From Octopus bimaculoides (Eukaryota), in NCBI RefSeq assembly GCF_001194135.2, contig NC_068988.1, positions 3,743,245 to 3,807,244 of the forward strand: a stretch of 64,000 nt of DNA, given 5' to 3'. Shown here piece after piece: positions 62,521-64,000 of the stretch; the stretch's first letter is position 1, and each line of letters begins with the position of its first letter. A model generated the notes under the pieces. The model did no database searches. It was given only the letters and a program-made list of their open reading frames with translations, and was not told where the DNA came from. The translations under genes were made by a program, and so were the position numbers.

Positions 62521-63907
62521 TCTCAGCTGAAGGTGGGGGAGTTCTATCTTAAAGAAAATAAGGACACATTATAGTCAAATGATACGTGATCCTTTTCATT
62601 TTAGCATCCCCTTTTTCCATGCTTGCATGGGTCAAATGGAATTTGATGAGGCAGATTTCTACAGCTGTTACTAAGCCTTACTTGTTTCCAAGCAAAATGA
62701 AATTTCTCCATCGCCAGACATATATTCACAGAATATTGGAAATAGATGACACCACTAATGTGAAAATAACAATCATTTAACTCTATCTCACAATACCAAT
62801 ATAAGGATGTGCGTGCACACACACACATACACACAGAAATACATATATGCTGATGTCTACCATGTTGAAAAGTAAAGCTTTAGTCAGCCCAAGGCTACAG
62901 TGGAAGATACTTCTCCAAGATTCCACACAGTGGAACTGAATCTGAAACTCATACATGGTTGAGAAGCAAACTTCTTAACCACACAGCCATTCCTGTGCCT
63001 ATTTTATCTCCAATAAAAAAGACAGGGTGGTCATGGTAAGAATATTTTCATTATAGACCTGCTCAATTAATATTAACCAGGAGACTAAACAAAAAACTTT
63101 ATTTTATATCCTGTCTGAAGGCAGCGATATGGCAGAACCATTAGCACAGCAGACGAAATGCTTAGCAGCATTTCATCTGTTTTATGCTCTTAAGGTCACC
63201 TGAGACAACTATATGTTGTTTTGTTTAGACAAATCACAAAGACTGTAATTAGATTTGAAGTTGGAACAATGTCACTGCCTAAAATCTTAATATATTTTCT
63301 CTCAGGATTTTAAACCAAAGAGTTTATCCTATTTCTATAATTTTGGATGAAAGAGAAGACAAAACATATTTAACAAATCTAAAATACTGTTAAAATTATA
63401 AGACATCATGGTTGAATGATGAAATAATGAATAATATAATGGAGTTTTAAAGGTTTGTAATGGATTGCAAAAATGGTTTGCCAAAATCTGTAGAGTTTAG
63501 TATAGCAAGAACATATCTGAGAAGAGCAAATTAAAACCATCTACTATCCACTGGCACATATTATAGCCATATATTGTATACAGACATTTTTAAATAACAC
63601 ACACACACGCATGCATGCACACATGTACATACACACACAGTGAAAACAATAGCTAAAAAATATATATTTCCACATAGTGAACTGTAGTGAAAAAATAAAA
63701 AGAAGCACAATGCACAGATTTTTTATGATGGACAAAAAATATTGTTTTTATGAGATAAAATATTTACATAGTCGACCAGTTTCACAAGTACTAATCATGA
63801 CTATGAAGTTATTTCATGCTATCGTTAGAAGTTTTCATTCCATGTTAGTAGGAGGAAGATATGTATAAATATACATCCATACACACATATATATATATAT
63901 ATACATG

Positions 63908-63942
<35 letters not shown>

Positions 63943-64000
63943 ATGCACACACACACATATATATATAACCAAAAGTTTAAAAATAAATGGTATTGGCACA

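Noticed and set aside
2900-63990. Dozens of YI-, CV-, HT-rich and X-containing ORFs in the ORF track
   Set aside because: They arise from (TA)n, (TG)n and (CA)n repeats and N gaps, which lack stop codons.

Overview
AT-rich eukaryotic genomic DNA, saturated with microsatellites ((TA)n, (CA)n, (ATT)n, (ATC)n, (GA)n) and interrupted by 11 N gaps. The interspersed-repeat repertoire looks like a coleoid cephalopod, probably Octopus; this is an inference from recognising the repeat types, not a database result. I find no intact protein-coding gene, and nearly all ORFs in the supplied track are microsatellite or repeat artefacts. The window is mostly a transposon graveyard: several tRNA-derived SINE families, RTE, Tx1/L1 and HERO/R2-like LINE remnants, and maT (DD37D), mariner, Tigger/pogo, Helentron-like, hAT-like and Kolobok-like DNA elements. 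Three things stand out. (1) An orphan, frameshifted copy of the 3' end of RNA polymerase II largest subunit (RPB1/POLR2A: linker plus about 28-30 YSPTSPS heptads plus acidic tail) lies at 37611-38567 on the minus strand. (2) That copy is joined head-to-head, at an 8-bp palindrome, to a second inverted copy of its own last codons and downstream sequence, so it is bracketed by a roughly 155-bp inverted repeat. (3) A fully foldable type I hammerhead ribozyme lies at 2493-2556, and two decayed minimal hammerheads of Penelope-like type sit in inverted orientation near 59.5-60.1 kb. All alignments and counts were done by eye.
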